Position numbers and translations under genes: made by a program
Virus record (IMG/VR): IMGVR_UViG_3300019888_000209
Strand: one strand, 5' to 3'
DNA: 64,000 bases
Source of the DNA: a virus
Taxonomy: Duplodnaviria > Heunggongvirae > Uroviricota > Caudoviricetes
The notes under the pieces: generated by a model
What the model was told of the DNA's origin: nothing
Seen by the model: only the letters and a program-made list of their open reading frames with translations
The model's database searches: none
Shown: piece after piece, positions 9,869 through 18,073 of the stretch
Layout of the letters: every line of letters begins with the position of its first letter
Numbering within the stretch: position 1 is the stretch's first letter

Positions 9869-12516
9869 TCTGGGAGTCGCGCATCGGCGTCCGCAGCCAG
9901 AGTCTACGACAGGGCGGCGATACGGCATTTCGGTCGTTTCGCGCGGTTAAATTTCCCTCGCGCGTCAAGAACAGACAAATGAACGCGACAATGGAATCGC
10001 TTGAAATCGGCGCGAGTGAAGCGGCACGACCGACGCCGGCTACAAAGACGATGCCAGCGTTGCGGTTTCGCGCCTTTCAGGTCGACGACCTTGCCCGCGC
10101 GGCAATGTATGATGGGCTAATTCTTGGGTGGGATCCAGGCTTGGGCAAAAGTTTCGCCGCCTACATTTGGCCGCAACTAAAAGGTGCGCACAGGACCCTG
10201 ATCGTCGCGCCCGAACAATTGCACGAGCAGCTCCGGATCGAAGCTGGTCGCTTCTCAATTAAGTTACAGCCGTTGATGACGCACGAGGACTTCTACAATG
10301 ACGAACTCCTTCGCGCCGTGGCCTTGGAATACTCTCAATATTCAACCATCAGCTCTCAACTTTCTGGCTGGTGGCTGACGAGTTACAGCGCGCTTGGCTA
10401 CAACGGTGGAGATGAATGGAGTCCAAAGGAAAAGGAAAACGGCGAGATCATCCTTAATAGGACCATCGTTGGCAGGCGACAGACACACCCGATCTATCGC
10501 GAGGAATTTGATTTTGGAATTGGAGAAGAAAAATCCATCTGGAACCCAGGCCGAAGGCTCGCCGTGGAGAGAAACCAGGAAGAAGAAAAGGGACAAGGGG
10601 TTCCTGGGTTCTTGGCTTCCAGATTAGATCACTCTGTCAGGTGTGTGTTTACACCCACGCTGGCATTACTCGTTGCGGATCTCTTCGACTGCGTCGTATG
10701 CGATGAGGCCGTGAGAATAAAAACTGGCCAGACTTACTGTTCGCTGGGCGTACGGATGCTCACACCAAAATATCGCCTAATTCTTACGGCGACTCCAATC
10801 AAAAACACATTGCCAGATATCTTCTGGCTGGCGCAATGGGCTTGCGGTGGCCATTTAGGCGCCACGGCGCGCTGGCCATACGCCAACGCTTCCGACGCTA
10901 AGGAAACTTTCAGCACTGAACACCTTTTGATCGAACGCAATCACACCAAGGAAGCGGAACACCAGCAGCGGACCGGCCGTCACAAATCATTCAAGAAACG
11001 GACACCGAAGATTTGCAATATCCATCGGCTTTGGAAGCTGCTCGGACCGGTCGTGCTACGCCGGCGCAAAGACGACACCGGCGAAGAGATCGTGCCGAAG
11101 ACAATCATCCCGATTCGGGTGCGGCCAGGCACGGCGCAACAGGTCGTTTACCGGTTTCACCTGGATAATCCGCCGAAGATCGCCAAGAACGGCAAGCCGA
11201 TGGAAAAAATGGCGTCCATCGTGTCGCAGCTACAAAACTTGCGGCAAGCGGCGCTGTGCCCCGACTCCACGAACCTGAGCGAAATCGGATTGTCCATGCA
11301 CGGCCTTCGCGAGTTAATCAAGAAAGCTAAACATAATCCGGAAGCCGACCTTGCGTTGACGCACAAAGCGGTCCTGGTGGCGGTCAAAGGTGAACGCACG
11401 CCGTTTGAAGGGGAAAAGCAAGTGGCGTTGGCAATCCTCGAGCGATGGTCCCGCCTCGAAGGCGGGAGCAAAATCGATGTCGCCAAGATCATCGAAGCCG
11501 CGCCGACACTCGAAGAACATCTACGGCCGTTCATTGTCGATCTGGACGCGCGGAAGCACGCGCGAAGCTGGACCGATCACAACCCGAAACAGGCGGCCAT
11601 ACTCAAATTGATTGAAGAACTGATTTCGAAAGGCGAACAAGTCGTCGTCGTCTCGCCGTTCCAGCACTTTTCGCAGACGCTTTACCGGCGTCTCATGGAA
11701 GCCAACGTCAGCACGTGTTTACTCGACGGCAACGTGTCGCCCGACAAACGCGGCAAGCTGGCAAAACAATTCAAACAGAAACGGTTTGCCGTGCTCGTTG
11801 GCGGAATTAAATCGATGGGCGAAGGTTTTTCCTTCGAGTGCGCCAGCAATCTCATTTTGCCGTCGATCGAGTGGGCGTTTGATAACAACAAACAATCGAT
11901 CGATCGCGTGCACCGCTTGATCTCCGAAAAACCGGTCACGATTTACACGATGGTAACGATCAACACCATCGACGAACGATTGGAAGGCGTGTTTCGCGAC
12001 AAGGGCGACAGTTCAAACCTCGCGCTGGACGGCCGCTTGTTCGCAGACAAGACCGACGAAATCAATCTCGGGAAACTTTTGGCCGATGCCATTCGCGACT
12101 TCAATCCGGCTGCCGAAACCATTCCGGAGAAGGATATCGAAACGGAATGGGAAGGCACGTTACGCCAGAAACTGCGCATGGCAGAGCAACGTTTCCGCGA
12201 ATTTTGGCCGCCGATCGTACCGGACATTGCCGGCGCGAAACTTTCGGCTGCCGAAGTGCGCCGCGCCATGGAGAAACTTTCGTCCCGCGATGGCGGGACC
12301 GGCGGCATCGCATCGATTATCAACTGCATCCCGAGCGCGACCATCGGCGCGTTGACCGGCACCGCGGACCGCGAGAAAATCGAAAAGGCCCGGCGCGCGT
12401 TCACAGAATTTTGCATCGCGAAAAACATCAGCGATTGGAAGCAAGGCTGGCGCGCCTGGGAAGCCACCGGCGGGGTGGAGAAGTTGCCCGCGAATCACGC
12501 GAATAGACGCGAATAA
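9865..12516 (+). CDS. SNF2/RAD54-family helicase with one in-frame family-A repeat insertion
   Basis: Motif I DPGLGKS, motif Ia TLIVAP, motif II VVCDEAVRIK (DEAx), motif III LTATPIKN, C-terminal helicase domain VVVVSPFQ...SIDRVHRL. GTG start at 9865 coupled to the upstream HTH gene. Insertion at 10535-10626. Confidence 0.75.
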   Translation: MIWESRIGVRSQSLRQGGDTAFRSFRAVKFPSRVKNRQMNATMESLEIGASEAARPTPATKTMPALRFRAFQVDDLARAAMYDGLILGWDPGLGKSFAAYIWPQLKGAHRTLIVAPEQLHEQLRIEAGRFSIKLQPLMTHEDFYNDELLRAVALEYSQYSTISSQLSGWWLTSYSALGYNGGDEWSPKEKENGEIILNRTIVGRRQTHPIYREEFDFGIGEEKSIWNPGRRLAVERNQEEEKGQGVPGFLASRLDHSVRCVFTPTLALLVADLFDCVVCDEAVRIKTGQTYCSLGVRMLTPKYRLILTATPIKNTLPDIFWLAQWACGGHLGATARWPYANASDAKETFSTEHLLIERNHTKEAEHQQRTGRHKSFKKRTPKICNIHRLWKLLGPVVLRRRKDDTGEEIVPKTIIPIRVRPGTAQQVVYRFHLDNPPKIAKNGKPMEKMASIVSQLQNLRQAALCPDSTNLSEIGLSMHGLRELIKKAKHNPEADLALTHKAVLVAVKGERTPFEGEKQVALAILERWSRLEGGSKIDVAKIIEAAPTLEEHLRPFIVDLDARKHARSWTDHNPKQAAILKLIEELISKGEQVVVVSPFQHFSQTLYRRLMEANVSTCLLDGNVSPDKRGKLAKQFKQKRFAVLVGGIKSMGEGFSFECASNLILPSIEWAFDNNKQSIDRVHRLISEKPVTIYTMVTINTIDERLEGVFRDKGDSSNLALDGRLFADKTDEINLGKLLADAIRDFNPAAETIPEKDIETEWEGTLRQKLRMAEQRFREFWPPIVPDIAGAKLSAAEVRRAMEKLSSRDGGTGGIASIINCIPSATIGALTGTADREKIEKARRAFTEFCIAKNISDWKQGWRAWEATGGVEKLPANHANRRE
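10535..10626. repeat. family-A element, inside the SNF2 helicase
   Basis: atctggaacccagg...ggctcgccgtggagag...ttcctgggttcttggcttccagatt. Confidence 0.85.
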
Positions 12517-12539
12517 AGAAACAGGGAAAATAACAAAAA

Positions 12540-12692
12540 ATGAAAAGAAATAAACCAACTAAAGCTGGCGAGCGGACGCAAGAGCAATACCCGGAAGCGG
12601 AGCAAGTGGCAAACCTGCTTAACGTTATTAAGCAACACGAAGACCAATACGTTCTTGGCAAAATTGAAGACGGGAAGCTCACGCCGAATTGA
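12540..12692 (+). CDS. small hypothetical protein (50 aa), paralogous N-terminus to 3927-4211
   Basis: MKRNKPTKAGERTQ...; shares AAGCTGGCGAGCGGACGCA with 3947-3965; below the ORF-track length cut-off. Confidence 0.25.
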   Translation: MKRNKPTKAGERTQEQYPEAEQVANLLNVIKQHEDQYVLGKIEDGKLTPN

Positions 12693-12747
12693 AGGAACGC
12701 CGTGCGACGCGCCCGGAATGGTATTACACTTCGTGAGGAACCAGCCT

Positions 12748-12885
12748 ATGCTCGAACTCACCAAAGGAAATATTCTCGAAGCGGACACCGAAGCGCTCGT
12801 CAATACGGTCAACACTGAGGGCGTAATGTATGAGGCTTACCGAAGAGCGTGCGAGGCCGCACCCAGCCGTGTAGTCCGTGGCTAA
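12748..12885 (+). pseudogene. macro-domain (DarG-like) N-terminal remnant
   Basis: MLELTKGNILEADTEALVNTVNTEGVM matches the macro-domain N-terminal block (GNIL...EALVNTVN..GVMG) but the frame terminates about 35 aa in. Confidence 0.35.
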
Positions 12886-13027
12886 TTTTTTAAGAAAGAC
12901 AAATTTTGATTGACAAGCTCCAAGCGCTTGTTCCATATGTAACACTTTACTCCGTGAGATACAACCCGGGAACACAAACCACGCTCACGATGTTATCTCA
13001 CGGGGCCAAAAAACAGGATAAACACCA

Positions 13028-14065
13028 ATGCCACAGAAAAAACGAATCGAAGATATCGCCAAGGGACGCACTAATCTATTCTCGTTGCCCTGGCGAGATT
13101 GCGAGCCCGCGGTAATCGACGACGCCGGCCGTCCCGTAAAACTCAACACCCGCCAAGACTTCGGCAACATAGCCGAGTTTGCCGCGTCGCTGGCGGACGC
13201 AATCAGAGAGCCCGTTCTCGGATACATGGGCGAGAACGGGAAATTCCAGATCACCAACGGCGAGCGTCGCTGGCGCGGCGTCCAATGGCTGGAAAAGCAC
13301 AAGAGCGTAAAAGTTTTACTGCCGTGCGTGCGCGAAAGCCAGGGATATACCGACACCGATCGCAACGTCGACTTGCTCCGGACCAACAACGGCAAGCCGC
13401 TGGAAATGATCGAGCAAGCCGAAGCCATGATCCGCCTTCGCCAAGGCTACGGCGGACAGGCCAGCATGAGTGAGAAAGAGATCGCGCACAAAGCCGGTTG
13501 CTCGCCAACGCACGTGGCGAATTGCCTGGCGCTCCTGAACGACGCCGCGCCGGAAGTGCAAGAGGCAGTGCGCAAGGGCGAAATGACCGGCACGTTGGCA
13601 GTCGATCTCGCGCGCAGCGTGCCCAACAAAGAAAGACAAACAGAGATTTTGGAAAAAGGACGGGAGAAAGCGTTGGAGACGGCGCGCCCTCGCGCCGTAC
13701 GTGGCGAGGGCGCCACGTCTCCAACCAAGAAAACAAAGGTGACCGCGAAACATCTGTCGGTCGCCACCGGAAAGAAAGCGCAGTCGGCCAAGAAGGCGGC
13801 CAAGAAGCAGCACGACACCGACGCGCAGTTTTGGGACCAGAGCCAAGGCAAATTCGTCATCAAGTCGCCCCAGCGCTCCGTAAAGTCGAACAAGGCAGGT
13901 GGAAAATCTGCCGGGCTGGCGATGCTCGAGGAGCTTCTCGACGCCGTGGAGCGCAAAGATTGCGAGGACAAGGCGCGTTACGACACGCTCGAATTTCTCT
14001 ACGACTACAGTGCCGGCCGCCAGAACATGGCGAACGCCACAAAATTCATTTTGGGAATGATCTAA
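13028..14065 (+). CDS. parB: ParB-like partition/nuclease-domain protein with HTH and Lys-rich tail
   Basis: ITNGERRWRG (ParB GERRxRA box), central HTH EIAHKAGCSPTHVANCLALL, K-rich C-terminal segment. Preceded by GGATAAACACCAATG. Confidence 0.7.
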   Translation: MPQKKRIEDIAKGRTNLFSLPWRDCEPAVIDDAGRPVKLNTRQDFGNIAEFAASLADAIREPVLGYMGENGKFQITNGERRWRGVQWLEKHKSVKVLLPCVRESQGYTDTDRNVDLLRTNNGKPLEMIEQAEAMIRLRQGYGGQASMSEKEIAHKAGCSPTHVANCLALLNDAAPEVQEAVRKGEMTGTLAVDLARSVPNKERQTEILEKGREKALETARPRAVRGEGATSPTKKTKVTAKHLSVATGKKAQSAKKAAKKQHDTDAQFWDQSQGKFVIKSPQRSVKSNKAGGKSAGLAMLEELLDAVERKDCEDKARYDTLEFLYDYSAGRQNMANATKFILGMI

Positions 14066-14094
14066 CCACGAATGGACACAAATTTACACGAATG

Positions 14095-14121
14095 AATTCC
14101 TGGGTTTCCTGGTTTCCAGAT
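14095..14121. repeat. family-A half element, intergenic (parB to recombinase)
   Basis: ttcctgggtttcctggtttccagatt. Confidence 0.8.
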
Positions 14122-14168
14122 TATGACGACGAACACATCCTGCGAATGTCCGCAGTCGATTTTTAACT

Positions 14169-14987
14169 ATGAGCGAACGAATCCAGAAACCAACCGAGCA
14201 CGATTGCCCGGCTAAAGTTGTCGGCTACGTGCGCGGCTCCACCGACGAGCAGTTGAACACGCTCGAAGCGCAAGAGAATCAGATCCGCGCGTATTGCGCC
14301 TATAAAAATCTTGACCTGGTGAAGGTCTATATCGAATCGGGCGAATCCGGCAGCGTGAGTTTTTACGAGCGGCCGGTAGCAGCTCAAATGCTGCAAGAGA
14401 TTGGAACGAATCTGGAATCCAGGAAACCAGGAATTTCCTTTCGGGAAGACGGGCTCCTGGCTTCTAGATTAAATAATTCTGCGATTTCCGGCATCGTAAT
14501 CACCAAACTCGACCGCGGTTTCCGTAACGCGCTCGATTGCCTGTTTACTTTGGAGAATCTCACGGCGCGCGGAATCGGGTTGCACTTGCTGGATATTCAG
14601 CTCGACCCCGATACGCCGGTGGGAAAATTACTTCTGACCATGCTCGCCGCGATCGCGGAGTTTGAAAACAAACGGCGCAGCGAACGCCAGGTAGCCGCGT
14701 TCGCCGTGATGAAATCCAAAGGCCAGCGATGCGGGACCATTCCCTACGGCTATCAACTCTCAACTATCAACTCTCAACTTGTCGAAGACCCAGAAGAAAT
14801 GAGGGTTCTTCGACAAATCATTCACTGGATTGAAGTCGAGCACATGGCCGTTTCAAAAATCGCGCGGTTGCTCAACGAAGCCGGCACGCCCACCAAACAA
14901 GGCGGCAAGAAATGGTTCCCGGGGACCGTAAGTAGCGTTTACAAACATCGAAGAATTTCGGATATCGAAAACCGGAAAGCAGCATGA
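14169..14987 (+). CDS. serine recombinase (resolvase/invertase family) with in-frame family-A repeat insertion
   Basis: VGYVRGSTDEQ (catalytic Ser block), ITKLDRGFRN, EFENKRRSERQ. Repeat insertion TNLESRKPGISFREDGLLASRLNNSA at 14409-14470. C-terminus GTIPYGYQL recombinase-like. Confidence 0.75.
   Translation: MSERIQKPTEHDCPAKVVGYVRGSTDEQLNTLEAQENQIRAYCAYKNLDLVKVYIESGESGSVSFYERPVAAQMLQEIGTNLESRKPGISFREDGLLASRLNNSAISGIVITKLDRGFRNALDCLFTLENLTARGIGLHLLDIQLDPDTPVGKLLLTMLAAIAEFENKRRSERQVAAFAVMKSKGQRCGTIPYGYQLSTINSQLVEDPEEMRVLRQIIHWIEVEHMAVSKIARLLNEAGTPTKQGGKKWFPGTVSSVYKHRRISDIENRKAA
14409..14470. repeat. family-A element, inside the serine recombinase
   Basis: aatctggaatccaggaaaccaggaa...ctcctggcttctagatt. 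Confidence 0.85.
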
Positions 14988-15116
14988 GACACCAATTTTT
15001 CCACCATCGTCTCGACGTCGCCGCAGCGTCTTACAGACGAGGACGGCGCCGGGTTCTATGTGAAGGTGCCGGCGTTATTTCCAGGAGAATAACAAACAAG
15101 AAAGAACAAGAAAAGC

Positions 15117-15434
15117 ATGAAGACGAAGTTATACCGGCAAGGCGATGTGCTGATTGAGCAGGTCGCTAAGTTGCCGAAAAACCTAAAAAGGCAGGCAGGT
15201 GAGAATGGCCGGATCATTCTGGCTCGTGGTGAAGCGACTGGCCATCATCATTCGGTGAATATCGATGCTGCTGATTGGTGGAAATCAGATAGCGGCGAGC
15301 AATTTCTCACAGTCGAGAAACAAGCTGAAGTCACTCACCAGGAACATGACGCGCTGGTCTTGCTACCCGGGAATTACCGGGTGCGTCGACAGCGGGAATA
15401 CACACCAGAAGCGATCCGCAATGTCGCAGACTAA
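15117..15434 (+). CDS. hypothetical small protein
   Basis: MKTKLYRQGDVLIEQV...; composition suggests a beta-rich fold; no named motif. Confidence 0.4.
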   Translation: MKTKLYRQGDVLIEQVAKLPKNLKRQAGENGRIILARGEATGHHHSVNIDAADWWKSDSGEQFLTVEKQAEVTHQEHDALVLLPGNYRVRRQREYTPEAIRNVAD

Positions 15435-16479
15435 AGTAATAGAGAAACTGACGGCCGAGCAGGAGCTCGACCTTTCCGAGACCTATCGGCATGGGGTCGC
15501 AATCGGTCGATCATCGCTGCCGCTCGACCGACCGGCAGTGGCGACTATTATCCGCGAATTGTACGCCAGGATAGGAGAAGCGCCGCCCGTGTTGCTTTTC
15601 TTCACGTCGCCACTGCTCTGTATCTTGGCCTATGGAATTTTGTCCAAGATAGGGTCGCAATTGGGGTCGCAATTGGGGTCGCAATTGGGGTCGCAATTGG
15701 GGTCGCAATTGGAGTCGCAATTGAGGTCGCAATTGGGGTCGCAATTGGAGTCGCAATTGGGGTCGCAATTGGGGTCGCAATTGGGGTCGCAATTGGGGTC
15801 GCAATTGAGGTCGCAATTGAGGTCGCAATTGAGGTCGCAATTGAGGAACTATTTTGCAGGCAATCAGTGGTGTGCCTGGCAAGTGTTTTACGATTTTTGC
15901 CGGAGAATCGGTGTCCGATTTTCCGGCGAGCAAAATGAGCTATTGGATCTGTGGCTTGAGGAGGGGCGCCAATGTCATTGGTGGTGGTCGTATAAAGGCA
16001 TTGTCCTTGCCTCAGAACGACACACCTCGCTCAACTTGGACGATCGTGGCCGATTGCATTCAGTAACAGGACCAGCGCTTTCCTACGCAGATGGATGGAG
16101 TGTTTATGCGGTCCATGGCGTAAGAATCGAAGCAGAGCTCATCGAACATCCGGAGAAAATCACGGTTAAGAAAATCGAGAACGAAACTAATGCTGAGATT
16201 CGCCGGGTAAAAATCGAGCTTTATGGTCAGCAGCGTTATCTGTTGGATTCCGGAGCGAAAGAGATCCATACCGACGATTATGGGACGCTTTACCGAAAGG
16301 ATTTATCTGGCGATGAGCCAATCGTGATGGTGAAAGTGGTTAATTCCACGCCAGAACCAGATGGAACATTCAGGGATTATTTTCTTCGCGTCCCGCCGGG
16401 AATTACGAAAGCGCGCGAGGCCGTGGCATGGACATTTGATATTGAGTCGAATGCCTATGCCTTGGCTAAACAGACATGA
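15421..16479 (+). CDS. (GSQL)n tandem-repeat protein with conserved C-terminal domain
   Basis: ATG at 15421 overlaps the previous stop. N-terminal domain, then about 16 copies of GSQL/ESQL/RSQL encoded by a 12-bp tandem repeat, then a Trp-rich C-terminal domain (CHWWWSYKGIVLASERH...). Confidence 0.5.
   Translation: MSQTKVIEKLTAEQELDLSETYRHGVAIGRSSLPLDRPAVATIIRELYARIGEAPPVLLFFTSPLLCILAYGILSKIGSQLGSQLGSQLGSQLGSQLESQLRSQLGSQLESQLGSQLGSQLGSQLGSQLRSQLRSQLRSQLRNYFAGNQWCAWQVFYDFCRRIGVRFSGEQNELLDLWLEEGRQCHWWWSYKGIVLASERHTSLNLDDRGRLHSVTGPALSYADGWSVYAVHGVRIEAELIEHPEKITVKKIENETNAEIRRVKIELYGQQRYLLDSGAKEIHTDDYGTLYRKDLSGDEPIVMVKVVNSTPEPDGTFRDYFLRVPPGITKAREAVAWTFDIESNAYALAKQT
15652..15846. repeat. 12-bp tandem repeat (GGGTCGCAATTG)n, about 16 units with G/A and G/T variants
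   Basis: Read directly: gggtcgcaattg, gagtcgcaattg, gaggtcgcaattg units. Confidence 0.9.
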
Positions 16480-16961
16480 TGATGAGCGCGCTCAATATCA
16501 GGATCGTTCGGCCGCAAACGCGCGTAAGTTTGTTCGGTTACCCGTGGATCGTCGCCAAGCCATATCGCGATCTTGTAAAGACTCACGCCGTTGCTGGCGA
16601 GCAAACTGGCGAAAGTATGGCGCATCAGGTGCGGCGTGAGCTTGGTCTGGCCGATCATTTGCAGTTCCTGGTTTTTCGCGTGTTCGAGGAACGGCCGCGT
16701 GAAATCGTAGCGGTAACGGTTTGCGCCGTGTTTCACTTCCGGCCGGAGCATGTAAGGCTCGCGCAATCCGTAGCCTTTCAGAAAAGTTTGGAACCGTCGC
16801 GTAAGCGGGATGGTGCGTTCCTCGCGGTCCTTGAACTTGATTGTCGGAGTCCCGCGCAAGTGCAACAGGCCCGCGGGCAGATCGAACCACCAGGGCCGCG
16901 CCTCAATGATCTCGTTCTTGCGCAGACCGGCGTGAAATCCGCAGTAGAGCACAAACGTCAA
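16455..16961 (-). CDS. tyrosine recombinase (integrase) catalytic domain only; N-terminal core-binding domain absent
   Basis: AGLRKNEI (box I Arg), LTPHLMRHTFASLLASNGVSLYKIAIWLGD...TEQTYARL (HxxR, catalytic Tyr). Only 168 aa; an in-frame stop lies just upstream. Confidence 0.55.
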   Translation of the reverse strand: MTFVLYCGFHAGLRKNEIIEARPWWFDLPAGLLHLRGTPTIKFKDREERTIPLTRRFQTFLKGYGLREPYMLRPEVKHGANRYRYDFTRPFLEHAKNQELQMIGQTKLTPHLMRHTFASLLASNGVSLYKIAIWLGDDPRVTEQTYARLRPNDPDIERAHHHVCLAKA

Positions 16962-17092
16962 GTCTTCGCGTGTGCACCTTTTAATGAGTCGATCGCATTG
17001 CGCTTCCGAGCAGAAGTCTTTGAACCGCCGGCCTCGGAAATCCGTGGCGACAAGATCAAACTGCGAAGGATGAAACGGCGGGCAGGCCGACT

Positions 17093-18073
17093 ATGAGCGC
17101 GAACAGCACCATCGAGTGGACCGATCACACATGGAACCCATGGGAAGGGTGCACCAAGAAATCGCCCGGGTGCAAGAATTGCTACGCCGAAGCGCGCAAC
17201 AAACGGTTCGCCGGCGCGAATTGGGGAAAGGGCAAGCCCAGGCGGCGCACCAGAGAAGCGAACTGGCGGATGCCGCTGCGATGGAATCTGGAAACCAGGA
17301 AAACAGGAAAACGATTTAAGATTTTTTTGTCGCTATGCGACTGGCTGGACGAAGAAGTGCCGATCGAATGGCTGTCTGATTTCCTGGCCTTGATCTATGC
17401 GACGCCGAATCTCATCTGGCAATTGCTCACCAAATCGCCGGAGAATTGGCGCACGCGGCTTACGGAAACTTTGCACGTGCTCGTCCGCCAAGAAAATTTT
17501 ACCGCGGCGGTCGAGGTTCGGGCCTGGCTGCAACAGGAACCGCCGCTTGCACCGCAAAACGTCTGGCTGGGCGTGAGCGTGGAGGATCAGGAGCGCGCGG
17601 ATGAACGCATGCCGGTGCTGTTAAACATTCCGGCGAAACTGCACTTTCTTAGCTGCGAGCCCCTGCTCGAGCCCATCGACCTAGAAAACTATTTGCCCTG
17701 TAGCCGTCGCCCTGTGGGCGACGCGCGCGCTTCGCACAGCGAAGCGGCTACAGTCGATTGGGTAATCGCCGGCGGCGAATCCGGTCCTGGTGCGCGGCCG
17801 TGTGATATCCAGTGGATTCGCGAAATCATCGCGCAATGCGAGCTGGCCAAGGTGCCGGTGTTCGTGAAGCAGCTTGGCGCGTTTCCGTTTGATTTTGACG
17901 GGCGAGAAGAGGTTTGGTTGAAGACGCTGCCTCCGCAATACCGCGACGGAACGCGATACGCGATCGCCGAGCGTCGAATCAAAGACCGCAAAGGCGGCGA
18001 CCCAGCAGAATGGCCGGAAGACTTGCGCATCAGGCAATTCCCATCCGTGAAATCCGTGGTTGTTCCAAAATGA
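17093..18073 (+). CDS. phage Gp37/Gp68-family protein (DUF5131-like) with in-frame family-A and family-E insertions
   Basis: N-terminus IEWTDHTWNPWEGCTKKSPGCKNCYA, later WLGVSVEDQ, SCEPLLEPI, DWVIAGGESGP. Insertions WNLETRKTGKRFKIF (17285-17312) and CSRRPVGDARASHSEAAT (17699-17752). Confidence 0.7.
   Translation: MSANSTIEWTDHTWNPWEGCTKKSPGCKNCYAEARNKRFAGANWGKGKPRRRTREANWRMPLRWNLETRKTGKRFKIFLSLCDWLDEEVPIEWLSDFLALIYATPNLIWQLLTKSPENWRTRLTETLHVLVRQENFTAAVEVRAWLQQEPPLAPQNVWLGVSVEDQERADERMPVLLNIPAKLHFLSCEPLLEPIDLENYLPCSRRPVGDARASHSEAATVDWVIAGGESGPGARPCDIQWIREIIAQCELAKVPVFVKQLGAFPFDFDGREEVWLKTLPPQYRDGTRYAIAERRIKDRKGGDPAEWPEDLRIRQFPSVKSVVVPK
17285..17312. repeat. family-A half element, inside Gp37/Gp68
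   Basis: aatctggaaaccaggaaaacaggaaaac. Confidence 0.8.
17699..17752. repeat. family-E nested palindrome (GTAGCCGTCGCCC..GGGCGACG..CGCTTCGCACAGCGAAGCGGCTACAG), in frame in Gp37/Gp68
   Basis: Near-identical copy at 45935-46010; translated CSRRPVGDARASHSEAAT. Confidence 0.85.

Noticed and set aside
12900-13030. parS-like centromere site next to parB
   Set aside because: No TGTTTCACGTGAAACA-like 16-mer present. The palindrome there belongs to the dispersed family-D repeats.
15652-15846. Regular short repeats that could be mistaken for a CRISPR array
   Set aside because: Units are 12 bp and contiguous with no spacers. They are in frame within a long ORF encoding (GSQL)n.
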